NCBI GenBank assembly: GCA_004431415.1
Contig: QPMI01000348.1
Coordinates: 1 to 41,588 of the forward strand
Length of the DNA stretch: 41,588 nt
Origin: Cyanophora paradoxa CCMP329
Lineage: Eukaryota; Plantae; Glaucophyta
Reading direction: 5' to 3'
Made by a program: the position numbers and the translations under genes. Below the pieces are notes generated by a model. That model was not told the DNA's origin and did no database searches. It was given only the letters and a program-made list of their open reading frames with translations. Of this stretch, positions 20,835 through 31,917 are shown in pieces (the first letter of the stretch is position 1; each line of letters starts with the position of its first letter).

Positions 20835-22256
20835 CCCGAACCCGCCCCTGCTCGCCATGCCCGCGCTCGCCGCGGCGCTGCTCTCCGGGTGCAACCTGGC
20901 CCCCCCTATGCGCGGCCGGGCATCGCCACCGTCCCCGCCAGCTTCAAGGAAGCGCCGGGCTGGCGCCCCGCCACCCCTTCGGATGCCCTGGCCAAGGGCG
21001 AATGGTGGACGATGTTCGGCGATCCCGTGCTCGACGATCTCGAGCGGCGGGTGATCGTCTCCAACCAGAATCTCGCGGCGGCCAAGGCCACCTATGACGC
21101 GGCCCGGGCGCTGGTGCGCGAGCAGCGCGCCGCCGCGCTCCCCACGGTCAGCCTGCAAACCAATGCGAACGATAGCGGGGGCCTGGCGGCGAACAGCAGC
21201 ATCAAGCCCGCGGGCTCGATCCAGCTCGGCCTCCAGGCCAGCTGGGAGCCGGACCTCTGGGGCAAGATCGGCAATACCGTGTCGCAGGCGCGGGCACAGG
21301 CGCAGGCGAGCGCAGCCGATCTCGCCAATGCCACGCTCTCGGCCCAGGCCGAGCTGGCGCTCGACTATGTCCAGCTGCGCGGCATCGAGGCGCAGAAGGC
21401 CGCGCTCGACGCCACGGTGGTGGACTATGAGCGCGCGCTGACCATCACGACCAACCTCTACAATGCCGGCGTATCAGCGCGCGCGGACGTGCTGCAGGCG
21501 GAGACCGCCCTGCGCAACGCACGCGGCGATGCCGCCGACCTGGTGCGCCAGCGCGCGCTGCTCGAACATGCGATCGCGGTGCTGGTGGGGAAAATCCATC
21601 GAGCTTCTCGATCGCGCCGGCCGCGACCTGGAACCGCGCGGTGCCCGAAGTTCCCGCCATCCTGCCGCCGAACTGCTCGAACGCCGGCCCGACATCGCCT
21701 CGGCCGAGCGCGGCGTGGCGGCGGCCAATGCCAATATCGGCGTCCAGCGCGCCGCCTTCTTCCCGACGATCGGGCTCACCGGCCAGATCGGGCAGCAATC
21801 CTCGGCGCTGGGCGCGTTGTTCGGGTGGCGAGCAGTGCCTGGTCGCTGGGGCTCACCGGCGCGCTGACGCTGCTCGATTTCGGCGCGCGTACGGCCAAGG
21901 TGGATCAGGCGCGCGCGCAATATGCCCAGACGGTGGCGAGCTATCGCCAGGCCGTGCTCACTGCCTTTCAGCAGGTGGAGGACCAGCTCGCCGCCGTGCG
22001 CGTGCTCGATACCGTCGCGACCGAGCGTGCGGCCGCCGCCACCGCCGCCAATGCGGCCGAGCGTATCGCGCGCAACCAATATGGCGCGGGCACCGTCGCC
22101 TATTCGAGCGTGATCGTCGCGCAGAACACCGCGCTGGCGGCACGCAACACGGATATCCTCGCCGTCGTCAACCGGCAGGTCGCCGCCGTCTCGCTGGTCC
22201 AGGCGATCGGCGGCGGCTGGCATGCGCCCGACCCGGGCGTGCCGCTGCCGCGATGA
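20831..22256 (+). CDS. efflux outer-membrane factor lipoprotein (NodT/OprM family)
   Basis: Lipobox [40 protein letters not shown]...[23 protein letters not shown]. Confidence 0.92.
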
Positions 22257-22295
22257 CCGCACCCTCGCCGGCGAGGCAAGGGTGCGGGCCATGCC

Positions 22296-23025
22296 CTATC
22301 GGCGCTTGATTACCCGCTGCTCGACCACCTGATCGAGAGTCCAGCGGATCGAGGACGCATCCGCCGGCGGATTGGCGAGATTCTCCTCGATGATCCGGAT
22401 GCGATACTCGATCCCGGCTGCGGTTCGAAGCCGACGATGCCGCCATAATGGAGCTGCCAGGGATCGCTTTCCTTGGTGCGCACCTGGAGGCAGGTCATCG
22501 GCGCAACGCCCATGCACGGCTTGGTCTCGGCCGAGACGTAGAGGAACTTGCGCGGCGCGTTGGCGGCCGGCTTGTGCGCGGCGCGATAGGTCAGCGTGGC
22601 GCCCCTCGCGGTCCGCAGGACGAGGCGGTCGCCGTCGATCCGATAGGAGCGGACGGCCCGAGGATGGCGACATAGGCGCGCTCGGTCGCCATCCCGGGCT
22701 CGGGACATGCCATCAGGGTGCTTGCGAATCCGCCCTTGCCGTCGCCGAACCGGATCGTCCGGCCCTTCACCCGATAGGCACCGCCGGCGCGATTGCATCC
22801 CGTGTCCGCGGAGAAGCTGTGGCGGCCGGCGTCGAAGTCCAGCCGGAGCGGCCTCCCCTCCGGAAGCTTCCGCCCGCTCCATGCCACCAGATCCCAATGA
22901 TGGGCGGCCAGGGCGGCCGTGCCGGCTCGTTGCGGCGCGGGTGCGGCCACCGCGGCGGTTGCGCCCGCCGAAGCCAGGGCAAGGAGGCCAATCGCGGCCC
23001 GACCGGCCCGATGCGAGAAAATCAT
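22296..23025 (-). CDS. META (HslJ-like) + DUF4377 domain secreted protein
   Basis: Signal peptide, HWDLVAW, SADTGCNRAGGAY, ASTLMACP, then YVSAETKPCMGVAPMTCLQVR...W...YGGIVGFE..PG.EYRIRI...NPPADASSIRWTLDQVVE. Confidence 0.88.
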
Positions 23026-23243
23026 TTCAAACTCCCGTTGATACTGGCGGCGCCTGTGGACGCCGCGGAATGAACGAGACGTGTCCCCGCCGTTGCCTGC
23101 CAGAAAGGCAGGTTGCGCCGGCCGGGAAGTGACGGCGCGATCCTATGCCAGGTCAGCGCGATTGACGAGAGCCGCCGGCTTCCCAATGATCCGGGCAGTT
23201 CCGGCACATCGATGACGATGGCCACAGGATGGACGCGGAGAGA

Positions 23244-24825
23244 ATGACGACAGGCGTGACGACGGACGAGACACCGGTCTTTCCCGACAGCTTCAACATG
23301 GCCGACTATTTCGTGTTCGCGAACATAGCCGCCGGGCGCGGGTCGAAGACCGCCCTGCTGTTCGAGGGCCAGGCGATCACTTATGACGAAGTGGCCGCCA
23401 GGGTGACGCAGGTCGCCGAGCGGCTCCTCGCATCGGGCCTGCTGCCCGAGCAGCGCGTGCTGTTGTGCATGCGCGACTGCCCCGAATTCGTCTATGCCTG
23501 GTTCGGCGCGCTCAAGGCGGGCGCGGTCGTCACCCAGATCAACCCCATGCTGCCGGCCGCCGACTATTCCTATTATCTCGGCTATGTGAAGCCGCAATTC
23601 GCCTTCATCGACGAGACGAGCCTGGAGGCATTCCAGGCGGCGCGCGCGCAGGCCCGCCACTGCCGGGATCCGAACGCGGTGATCCTGGTCGGCGAGGCGC
23701 CCGGCCTTCCGGCTTCGACGCCTGGATCGCCGCCTCCACCCCGCCGCGCCGCCGCCCTGGCCGACGCGCAAGGACGATCCGGCGGTATGGCTCTTCACCA
23801 GCGGCACCACCGGGCAGAGCAAGGGTGCCGTCCATTGCCATTTCCACTTCGCCTACAACACCGAAGTCTATGCCAGGCGCTTCATCGGCATGACGGAGAA
23901 CGACATCACCCTGTCGGGCCCGCGGCTCTATTTCGGCTATGCCACCGGCACCAACCTGATGTTCCCCTTCGCGGTGGGCGCCACCGCGATCCTGTTCCGC
24001 GAGCAGCCGACGCCGGACAATCTCTTCGCGCTGATCGAGCGCCATCGCCCGACGGTGCTCACCAACGTGCCCACGCTCATCAACAAGATGCTGGAGGCGG
24101 AGGCGCGCGCGCCGGACCTGTCGAGCATCCGGATGATGTGGAGCGCCGGCGAGGCATTGCCGCGCGAGCTCCACGAGCGCTGGAATGCCCGTTTCGGCGT
24201 ACCGATCATCGACGGGATCGGCAGCGCCGAGAGCTTCCACATCTATATCAGCAACCGCCCCGGCGACATCCGCCCCGGCAGCCTCGGCAAGCTGGTGCCC
24301 GGCTATGCGGCCGATCTGCTCGACGATGCCGGCATGCCGATCGCCGGCGGCGAGATCGGAGTGCTGCGCATCCGCGGGGATTCCGCAGCGCTCTACTATC
24401 ATGGCGACTATGCCAAGTCGAAGCGCCACCTGGGCGGCGGCGCGATCGTCAGCGGCGATCTCTTCCGGCGCGATCCCGAGGGCTATTGGTATTATGAGGG
24501 CCGCGGCGACGACATGATCAAGAGCGGCGGCATCTATGTCAGCCCGCTCGAAGTGGAGGGATGCCTGAGCGAGCACCCCGCCGTGCTCGAATGCTGTGTG
24601 TTCGGCCGTGCCGATGCCAATGGCCTGGAGAAACCGGTGGTAGTCATCGTGCCGCGGGAAGATGCGCCGGCGAGCGAGGCGCTGCAGGCGGATCTGCTGG
24701 GCTTTGCGCGGGCGCGCCTTGCCCATTACAAGGTGCCGCACCGCGTCTTCTTCTCGCCCGATCCCCTTCCCCGGAACGACCGCGACAAGATGGACCGCAA
24801 GAAGCTGCGGGAGATCTGGCGATGA
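23244..24825 (+). CDS. benzoate-CoA ligase family aryl/acyl-CoA ligase
   Basis: FNMADYFVFANIAAGRGSKTA, AWFGALKAGAV, WLFTSGTTGQSKG, PRLYFGYATGTNLMFPFAVGAT, SAGEALP, DGIGSAESFHIYISN, GRGDDMIKSGGIYVSPLEVE, LAHYKVP. Confidence 0.88.
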
Positions 24826-25577
24826 TGCTCGGCGACCAACCCTGGACGCGCGTGCGGGCGGCACTGGCGAGCGGCGTGCCGGTGGTGGCGATCCTGCCGC
24901 TCGGCGCCGTGGAGGCACATGGGCCGCATCTGCCGCTGTGCACCGACGTGATCATCTCCGAAGGCATGGCGCGGCGCGCGGCCGCGCTGCTCGAAGGCCA
25001 GGGCATGCACGGTTTCGTGCTGCCCGCCCTCGCTTATGCCCCCGCCCATTATGCCGCCGAATTCCCCGGCACCATCTCGATCGGCGAAGCCACGGCGCGG
25101 GCGGCGATCCTGGATATTGCCGCCAGCCTCAAGGCACAGGGTTTCGCTTGCCTGGCGCTGGCGAACAGCCATTTCGATCCGGCCAATGTCGCGATGCTGC
25201 GGGGATTGGCCGCGGAAGTCGTGGCGCTGGGACTTCCTCTGGCCTATCCCGATTTCACCCGGCGCGCGCTGGCGGCGGAACTGACCGAGGAGTTCGTGTC
25301 GGGCGCCTGCCATGCCGGCCAGTTCGAGACCAGCCTGGTCCTCGCCGATCGGCCCGATCTGGTGGACGAGCCCGCGCGCGCCGCGCTCGCCGACAATCCG
25401 GCCAGCCTCGTCACTGCATTCGCCGCCGGCGCCAGCACCTTCAGCGAGGCCGGCGGGCCCCAGGCCTATTTCGGCTATCCGTCCCGCGCCACGGCAGGCG
25501 AAGGCGCCGAGACGTCCGCGATCATGGCCGAGGCGATCGTCCGCGCGGTGCGGACGGCAATGTCGGGACCGGAATAG
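24822..25577 (+). CDS. creatininase/MftE-family amidohydrolase
   Basis: ATGA overlap with the ligase. ILPLGAVEAHGPHLPLCTD, FPGTIS, ANSH, CHAGQFETSL, YFGYP..AT..EG. Confidence 0.88.
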   Translation: MMLGDQPWTRVRAALASGVPVVAILPLGAVEAHGPHLPLCTDVIISEGMARRAAALLEGQGMHGFVLPALAYAPAHYAAEFPGTISIGEATARAAILDIAASLKAQGFACLALANSHFDPANVAMLRGLAAEVVALGLPLAYPDFTRRALAAELTEEFVSGACHAGQFETSLVLADRPDLVDEPARAALADNPASLVTAFAAGASTFSEAGGPQAYFGYPSRATAGEGAETSAIMAEAIVRAVRTAMSGPE

Positions 25578-25752
25578 CGCCGCACCGCAGCCCCTGCCCG
25601 AACGAGCCGGTCGCGCGAAGCGGCATGTTCGTCGCAGCCAAATTGCCGCGCCCCCGGTCCCGCCCGCATTTCGTCGCCGTCCGGGCCTTTAGCAAAGGCT
25701 GCTGCAACCCTTCGGGCGGCTAAGACCCCGCCATCCCGGAGGAGTCTTTGTG

Positions 25753-25811
25753 CCCAACCCGGACAAGGGCGGCGCTGCGTTTGGTTCCGCGGCGTCGCCC
25801 GACCCGGTTGG
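25753..25811 (-). terminator. long GC-rich hairpin immediately after the pccA stop
   Basis: CCAACCCGG..GGGCGGCGCTGCG-loop-CGCGGCGTCGCCC..CCGGTTGG. Confidence 0.5.
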
Positions 25812-25815
25812 CTCG

Positions 25816-26625
25816 TCATTCGAACTCGAGGATCGCCGCGTCCACGGCCAGGCTGTCGCCGGGCCCGAAATTCGCCGCCTTCACCACCCCCGCCCGCTCG
25901 GCGCGCAGGATGTTCTCCATCTTCATCGCTTCCACCACGGCAAGCGGCTGGCCGGCCTCCACCTTGTCGCCGGGCGCGACATGGAGCCGCGTGAGCAGAC
26001 CCGGCATCGGCGCGAGCAGGAACCGGCTCATGTCGGGCGGGACCTTCTCGATCATATGGTGCCGATATTGCGCGACATGCGGCGGATGGACTTCGACCAG
26101 GTGCGATGCGCCATGCGCCGTCAGCCGCCATGCCGCGCCCTTGCGATCCACCGCGACGCTGAGCACCGCGCCATCGATCTCGGCATCGAGCTGGATGTCG
26201 CCGAGCCGCCAGTCGCTGTCGAACGCCACTTCCACGCCGTCGAGGAAAAGCCGGCCGGCATCGGCCGAGATCGCGAACCGTTCGCCGCCGAGCGTCACCA
26301 CCCGTTCGCCCGGGATCGGCTGGTGCGCCGCGAGCTGGCCGGAGATGCAGGCCGCCCGCTCGGCGCGTTGCAAGTCGATCGCCGCGGCGATCACCGCCAG
26401 CCTGCGCTTCAGCGCATCCGACGCGGGCGCACCATGGAAGCCCTCGGGATATTCCTCCGCGATGAACCCGGTGGTGATCGCGCCCGAGCGGAAGCGCGGA
26501 TGCTGCATCAGCGCCGAGAGGAAATCGATATTGTGGCCGATCCCGTCGATCCGGAACCGTCGAGCGCCGCCACTGCAGGTCGCCGCCTCGTCGCGCGTCT
26601 CGCCCCAGGTGATCAGCTTGGCGAT

Positions 26626-26662
<37 letters not shown>

Positions 26663-27308
26663 GTCACGCCGTCATCGACCCGGACATAGCCATGGTCGCC
26701 ATGGTGCCGGCGCCATAAGGCGTCTCCTCGCTCGCCGGCGGACGATAGCGCACCAGCCGGCCCGTGAGGGCAGGAAGCCGCGATAGGGATCCTCGGCATA
26801 GACGCGGTTCTCGATCGCCAGCCGGTGAGCTTCACATCGTCTTGGCGAAGCCAGCTTCTCGCCGGCCGCGACGCGGATCATCTGTTCGACCAGGTCGATG
26901 CCGGTCACCGCCTCGGTCACGGGATGCTCACCTGGAGCCGCGTGTTCATTCGAGGAAGTAGAATCCCGCGCCGTCTTGTCGCGCCCGAGACGATCAGCTC
27001 GACCGTGCCGGCGCTGAAATAGCCACGGCCGCGCCAGCGCGACGGCCTGCTCCCCCATCGCCCTGCGCATCTCGGCGAGACGAAGGGCGACGGCGCCTCC
27101 TCGACACTTTCTGGTGGCGGCGCTGGATCGAGCATTCGCGCTCGCCAGATAGACGATGTTGCCATGCTGGTCGCCCAGCACCTGGATCTCGATATGGCGC
27201 GGGCTTTCGATGAATTTCTCGATGAACACCCGATCGTCGCCGAAGCTCGCCAGCCTTCGCGCTTCGTCGCCTCGAAGCCTTCGCGCACATCGTCTCGCTC
27301 CAGGCAGC

Positions 27309-27343
<35 letters not shown>

Positions 27344-27766
27344 CATCATCACCGGATAGCCGATCTCGTTCGAGATGCGCACGGCATGCTCGGTATCCTC
27401 GATCACCCGACAAAGCCCGGCACGACGTTCACGCCGCCGCCTTGGCGAGCTTCTTGACTCGATCTTGTCTCCCATTGCCGCAATGGCTTTGGCGGGGGCC
27501 GACAAAGGCGATCCGGCCTCGGCACAGGCCCTGGCGAAGCTCTCGCGCTCGGAGAGGAACCCATAGCCGGGATGGATGCAGTCCGCCCCGGTCTGCTGCG
27601 CGGCGAGCAGGATCAACTCGGCCTTGAGATAGCTCTCCGCCGCCGGCGCCGGCCCGAGCCGCACCGCCTCGTCCGCCATCAGCACGTGCGGCGCGCGCGC
27701 ATCAGCATCCGAATAGACCGCCACCGTGGCGATCCCCATCTTCTTGGCGGTGCGCATCACGCGGCA

Positions 27767-27797
<31 letters not shown>

Positions 27798-27808
27798 TTC
27801 TTGAACAT
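25816..27808 (-). CDS. pccA: propionyl-CoA carboxylase alpha subunit (biotin carboxylase + BCCP)
   Basis: MFKKILVANRGEIACRV, IHPGYGFLSE, MMKASAGGGGKGMR, RHIEIQV, MNTRLQVEHP, SMFYDPMIAKL, biotinyl motif VEAMKMEN. Confidence 0.93.
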
Positions 27809-27816
27809 CAGGCCTC

Positions 27817-28077
27817 TTAATCCGAAAAGATCACCACCAGAACGATGCCGGAGCCGAGGATCGGCGTGAACCATTCGAGCGGCTCGCCAAAGCGAAATCC
27901 GGCAACCCACGCGCCGGTCCAGACCGGTCAAAGCAAGAATGCGCGCAAGGCCCGTCTCGCCCAGACCCTCGCGCTCGAAATGCCAGCCGGCGCTCCGCAT
28001 CATGCGTACGCCAGCCAGAATCCGAGCGCCGACGCCGCGATTATGAACAACCGGCAGCAGCCGAGCCATGGGTTCAC
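27817..28077 (-). CDS. small hydrophobic hypothetical protein inserted between bioB and pccA
   Basis: GTG overlaps the bioB TGA. Reconstructed [46 protein letters not shown]...[18 protein letters not shown], with 2-3 TM-like segments. Needs indel correction. Confidence 0.45.
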
Positions 28078-29069
28078 TCCGCCGCCTCCAGCTCCACCTT
28101 CACCTCTGCCTGCATCGGCTTCACGCCCAGCCGCGCGAACAGCGCAGCGTCCTGTCGTCGCCGGCATTGCCCGCGGTGAGCAGCTTGTCGCCGGTGAAGA
28201 TCGAATTGGCGCCAGCCAGGAAGCACAGCGCCTGCGTCGCATCGCTCATGCTCTCGCGGCCCGCGCTCAACCGCACCATGCTCTCCGGCATGGTGATCCG
28301 CGCCACCGCGACGGTTCGCACGAACTCGATATCGTCGATCTGCGCCAGCGGCGTGTCCGCCAGCATGTTGCCGAGCACCGTGCCCTTGATCGGCACCAGC
28401 GCATTGACCGGCACGCTTCCGGGTGCACCGGCAGCGTGGCCAGCGCATGGATGAAGCCGACGCGGTCCGGCCGGGTCTCGCCCATGCCGACGATGCCGCC
28501 GCAGCACACGTTGATCCCAGCCTCGCGGACATGCTCGAGCGTATCGAGCCGATCTCGAAGCTGCGCGTGGTGATCACTCGGCATAGCGCTCGGGCGACGT
28601 ATCGATATTGTGGTTGTAGTAATCGAGCCCGGCATCGGCGAGCATCCGCGCCTGCTTTTCGCTGAGCATCCCCAGCGTCATGCAGGTCTCCATGCCCATG
28701 GCGCGGACGCCCTGCACCATCTCCACGATGGCGGGCATGTCGCGATCCTTGGGTTGCGCCAGGCGCCCCCATGCAGAAGCGCGACGAACCATGATCCTTG
28801 GCCTGCGCCGCCGCCTGGAGCACCTGGCGCACGTCCATCAGCTTGGTCGCCTTCAGCCCGGTCTCGGCCGAGACCGACTGGCTGCAATAGCCGCAATCCT
28901 CCGGGCAGCCTCCGGTCTTGATGCTGAGCAGCGTCGAGAGCTGGACTTCGTTGGCGGCGTGATTGGCGCGATGCACCTCGGCGGCGCGGAATACCAGTTC
29001 GGTGAACGGCAGATCGAACAGCGCGGCGATCTCTTCACGGGTCCAGTCGGTACGCACTTCAGCTTTCAA
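28074..29069 (-). CDS. bioB: biotin synthase
   Basis: TTG start with [52 protein letters not shown] (radical SAM), [47 protein letters not shown]. Confidence 0.95.
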   Translation of the reverse strand: MKAEVRTDWTREEIAALFDLPFTELVFRAAEVHRANHAANEVQLSTLLSIKTGGCPEDCGYCSQSVSAETGLKATKLMDVRQVLQAAAQAKDHGSSRFCMGAPGATQGSRHARHRGDGAGRPRHGHGDLHDAGDAQRKAGADARRCRARLLQPQYRYVARALCRVITTRSFEIGSIRSSMSARLGSTCAAAASSAWARPGRTASASSMRWPRCRCTRKRAGQCAGADQGHGARQHAGGHAAGADRRYRVRANRRGGADHHAGEHGAVERGPREHERCDAGAVLPGWRQFDLHRRQAAHRGQCRRRQDAALFARLGVKPMQAEVKVELEAAE

Positions 29070-29729
29070 GCGGCTTCTCCAGTTGTTCCATGTGCGCCGC
29101 GGCAAGTTGCAGCCAGCATCCGGCGTTGAACCGCCATAGCCCGATCCGCCCATAGAGTACTGCGTTTCATACAAGCAGCGCGCATCCACATAGGCCAGCC
29201 ACGTCGTATGGAACGCGTCGAGCGCCTCCACATGATGGCCAGCGATTGCGCAAGGCCCTTCATTCTTGTCGCAGGCGCGCTGCTCTTCGCGGTCCTCCGC
29301 AGTCAGTTTAGCGCGGATCGTAGCGATTTCGGCATCCAGATCATGCTGGACCGCAATGGTCAGCGCACCCGAGCAGAAATTGAATACGACCTGCGAATAT
29401 TGCCCGCATTGCACTAGCGCTCGACCGACCGCGCGCTGGCCATACCCTTCGCGCGCCACAACGCAAGCGCTTCGGAAAAACGGCAATCCTCGTTCACCAC
29501 ATAAGCCGTGTCCGGCAGCGCCCGAGATAGTCCCCCGCCGCCGCCTTGGCCGCAATGATCCGGGCTGGGGTTTCGCCCGCCGCCACGCGTCGATCGATCT
29601 CCCGGCGATCCGCCCTGTCCTTAGCCCGTGACGCCTCGACCATCGGGTCTTGACTCATCGCGTCCTGCGCCGCGGCCGGCGCACCAGGCAGAACAACGCC
29701 AGCAGGACCAGGGCAGCGCTGCGGATCAC
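29059..29729 (-). CDS. secreted Cys-rich protein with an LprI/DUF1311-like C-terminal domain, inserted between scpA and bioB
   Basis: GTG overlaps the scpA TGA. Signal peptide [22 protein letters not shown], then C...SQ...[19 protein letters not shown]....GGSG.....GCW.QL.....EQL, matching the LprI-like W..Y.DA.C / GGS / C pattern. Lower GC. Confidence 0.55.
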
Positions 29730-31757
29730 TCTGCGGCTTCCTCCACGGGCGGCATGTTGTGGCCGAGAAGCCTCAGCACCTCTCGGCGGCTTTGACAAGG
29801 TTGGTGCCCGGCCCGAAGATCGCCTGCACCCCGCCTCGCGAGGAACTCGTAATCCTGCGCCGGAATCACCCCGCCGGCGACACCTTGATGTCCGGCCTGC
29901 CCGCATCCGAGTTGCGATCAGTCGGGATCAGCGTCTTGTGCCGGCGGCGAGCTGGAGGCGCCGACCACGTCGACACGCTCGCGATTGCCAGCGCGGCGCT
30001 TCCCCGGGGTCTGGAACACGGGCCGGACCACTCGAAGCCCAGGTCGCCGAACGCCGACGAGACGAGATTGGCGCCGCGATCATGCCCGTCCTGCCCCATC
30101 TTGGCGACGAGCATGCGGGCTTGCGGCCCAGGCGCCCGTCGGCGCACGCCGTCTTGAGCCGGTCCAGCCGCGTCGTCGTAGGCGCCGCCATAGACGCCCT
30201 TCACCGGCGTCGGCTGCGTGCCGTAGCGGCGAAGCCGTCTTCCATCGCCGGGATTTCGCCCAGCGTGGCGCGCGCGCGCGCGCATCGACGGCGAGTCGAG
30301 CAGGTTCCGCTGCCGCGGCGCCGCTGCGCGCGATCAGCGCGCTGGCAGGCCGCCTCGTCGCGCTTCGCCTTCACCCGTTGATGCGGGCGATCTGCGCCTC
30401 GCGCACGCGTGGTTGTCGACTCAGGATTCGAGCGGTCCTCGTTCGCCTTGCGATATTTGTTGACGCCGACGATCACGTCCTCGCCGCGGTCGACCGCGCC
30501 GCGGCGCCGCCGCTCCTCGATCATCGCCTTGGGCCAGCCCGCGCCACGCCTTGGCCATGCCGCCCTCGGCTTCGACGCGCTCGATGATCTCCAGGCGCGT
30601 CGACCAGTCCTGGGTCAGCGCCTCGATATAATAGCTGCCGCCCAGCGGATCGACGACTTGTCATGCCGGTCTCTTCCTGGATGACGATCTGCGTGTTGCG
30701 CGCGATCCGGGCGGAGAAGTCGGTCGGCAGCGCGATCGCTTCGTCGAGCGCGTTGGTGTGGAGCGACTGCGTGCCGCCCAGCATCGCCGCCATCGCCTCG
30801 ATCGTGGTGCGCATGACGTTGTTGTAGGGTCCTGCTCGGTCAGCGACACGCCCGAGTCTGGCAGTGCGTGCGCAGCATCTTGCTGCGCTCGTCCTGCGCG
30901 CCCAGTTCGTCATGACCCGTGCCACAGCACGCGGGCGCGCGCAGCTTGGCGATCTCCATGAAGAAGTTCATGCCGATGCGAAGAAGAAGCTCAGCCGCCC
31001 GGCGAACTTGTCGATGTCGAGGCCGCTCGCGACGCCGTATTCACATATTCCAGCCGTCGGCGATGGTGAAGGCAGCTCCTGCACCTGCGTCGCCCCGCTT
31101 CCTGCATATGATAGCCGGAGATCGAGATGCTGTTGAACTTGGCATCTCGCGACGTATAGCGAAAATGTCGATGATCCGCATGCTGGGTTCGGGCGGGTAG
31201 ATATAGGTGTTGCGGACCATGAACTCCTTGAGGATGTCGTTCTGGATGGTCCCGTCGAGCAGCTCGTCGACGCCCTGTTCCTCGCCGCGACGATGAAGAA
31301 GGCGAGGATCGGGATCACCGCGCCGTTCATCGTCATCGACGCTCATCTTGTCGAGCGGATGCCGTCGAACAGGATCTTCATGTCCTCGACGTGTCGATCG
31401 CGACGCCCGCCTTGCCGACATCGCCGCGACGCGCGGATGGTCGCTGTCATAGCCGCGATGGTGGCGAGGTCGAAGGCGACGCTAGCCCTTCTGCCCGGCC
31501 CAGGTTGCGGCGATAGAAGGCGTTGGATTCCTCGGCGGTGAGAAGCCGCATATTGCGGATCGTCCAGGGCGCCCGCATACATCGACGCACGTACGCCGCG
31601 CGTGAACGGCGCAAAGCCGGCAGGCCCGGATCGACGGTCACGTCCTCGCCGTGTAGAGCGGCTTGACCACGATCCCTCGGGGTATCCCAGTTCAGATCCT
31701 TGCCCTTACCTCCTTGGCGGCAGCGGCGGCCACTGCCAATGTCGGCTTCTCGGTCAT
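29726..31757 (-). CDS. scpA: methylmalonyl-CoA mutase (B12-dependent)
   Basis: [84 protein letters not shown]12-binding [13 protein letters not shown], ends [11 protein letters not shown]. Confidence 0.94.
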
Positions 31758-31771
31758 TCTAGTCCATCCTT

Positions 31772-31914
31772 CTCGCCTTCGGAGAGATACGCAGCTTGCA
31801 GCTTGCCTGCCTAGCGAAGTTGGAGGGGACGCGACATCGCACAAATCAGCCCTCTCCGCTGCGACTAAGGCTGCTGCAGCCCCAAGTCTCGCTGCCTCTC
31901 CCTGAAGGGGCGAG
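31772..31914. repeat. MITE/RPE-like long palindromic intergenic element between mce and scpA
   Basis: Ends CTCGCCTTCGGAGAGA and CCTCTCCCTGAAGGGGCGAG are inverted repeats allowing small deletions. Inner pair TGGAGGGG / CCCTCTCCG. Confidence 0.65.
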
Positions 31915-31917
31915 CGA

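Noticed and set aside
13920-22292. Long antisense ORFs over the RND genes (for example 529, 364 and 346 aa) and similar shadow ORFs elsewhere
   Set aside because: These are expected stop-poor mirror frames of high-GC coding DNA, with no motifs or RBS support.
23125-23150. Sigma54 promoter for the META gene (TGGCATAGGATCGC on -)
   Set aside because: GG-to-GC spacing is 9 rather than 10 nt and TTGC is absent. It cannot be supported, although a deletion error is possible.
28074-29555. Apparent N-terminally extended BioB (LprI-BioB fusion, 493 aa)
   Set aside because: A one-base correction ends the LprI-like ORF at 29059 (…[20 protein letters not shown]), and bioB has its own RBS and TTG at 29069.
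31772-31914. Cobalamin riboswitch upstream of the B12-dependent mutase
   Set aside because: No B12-box or the characteristic GGGAA...CCCCCGC.ACTGT elements. The terminal inverted-repeat form fits a dispersed palindromic repeat better.
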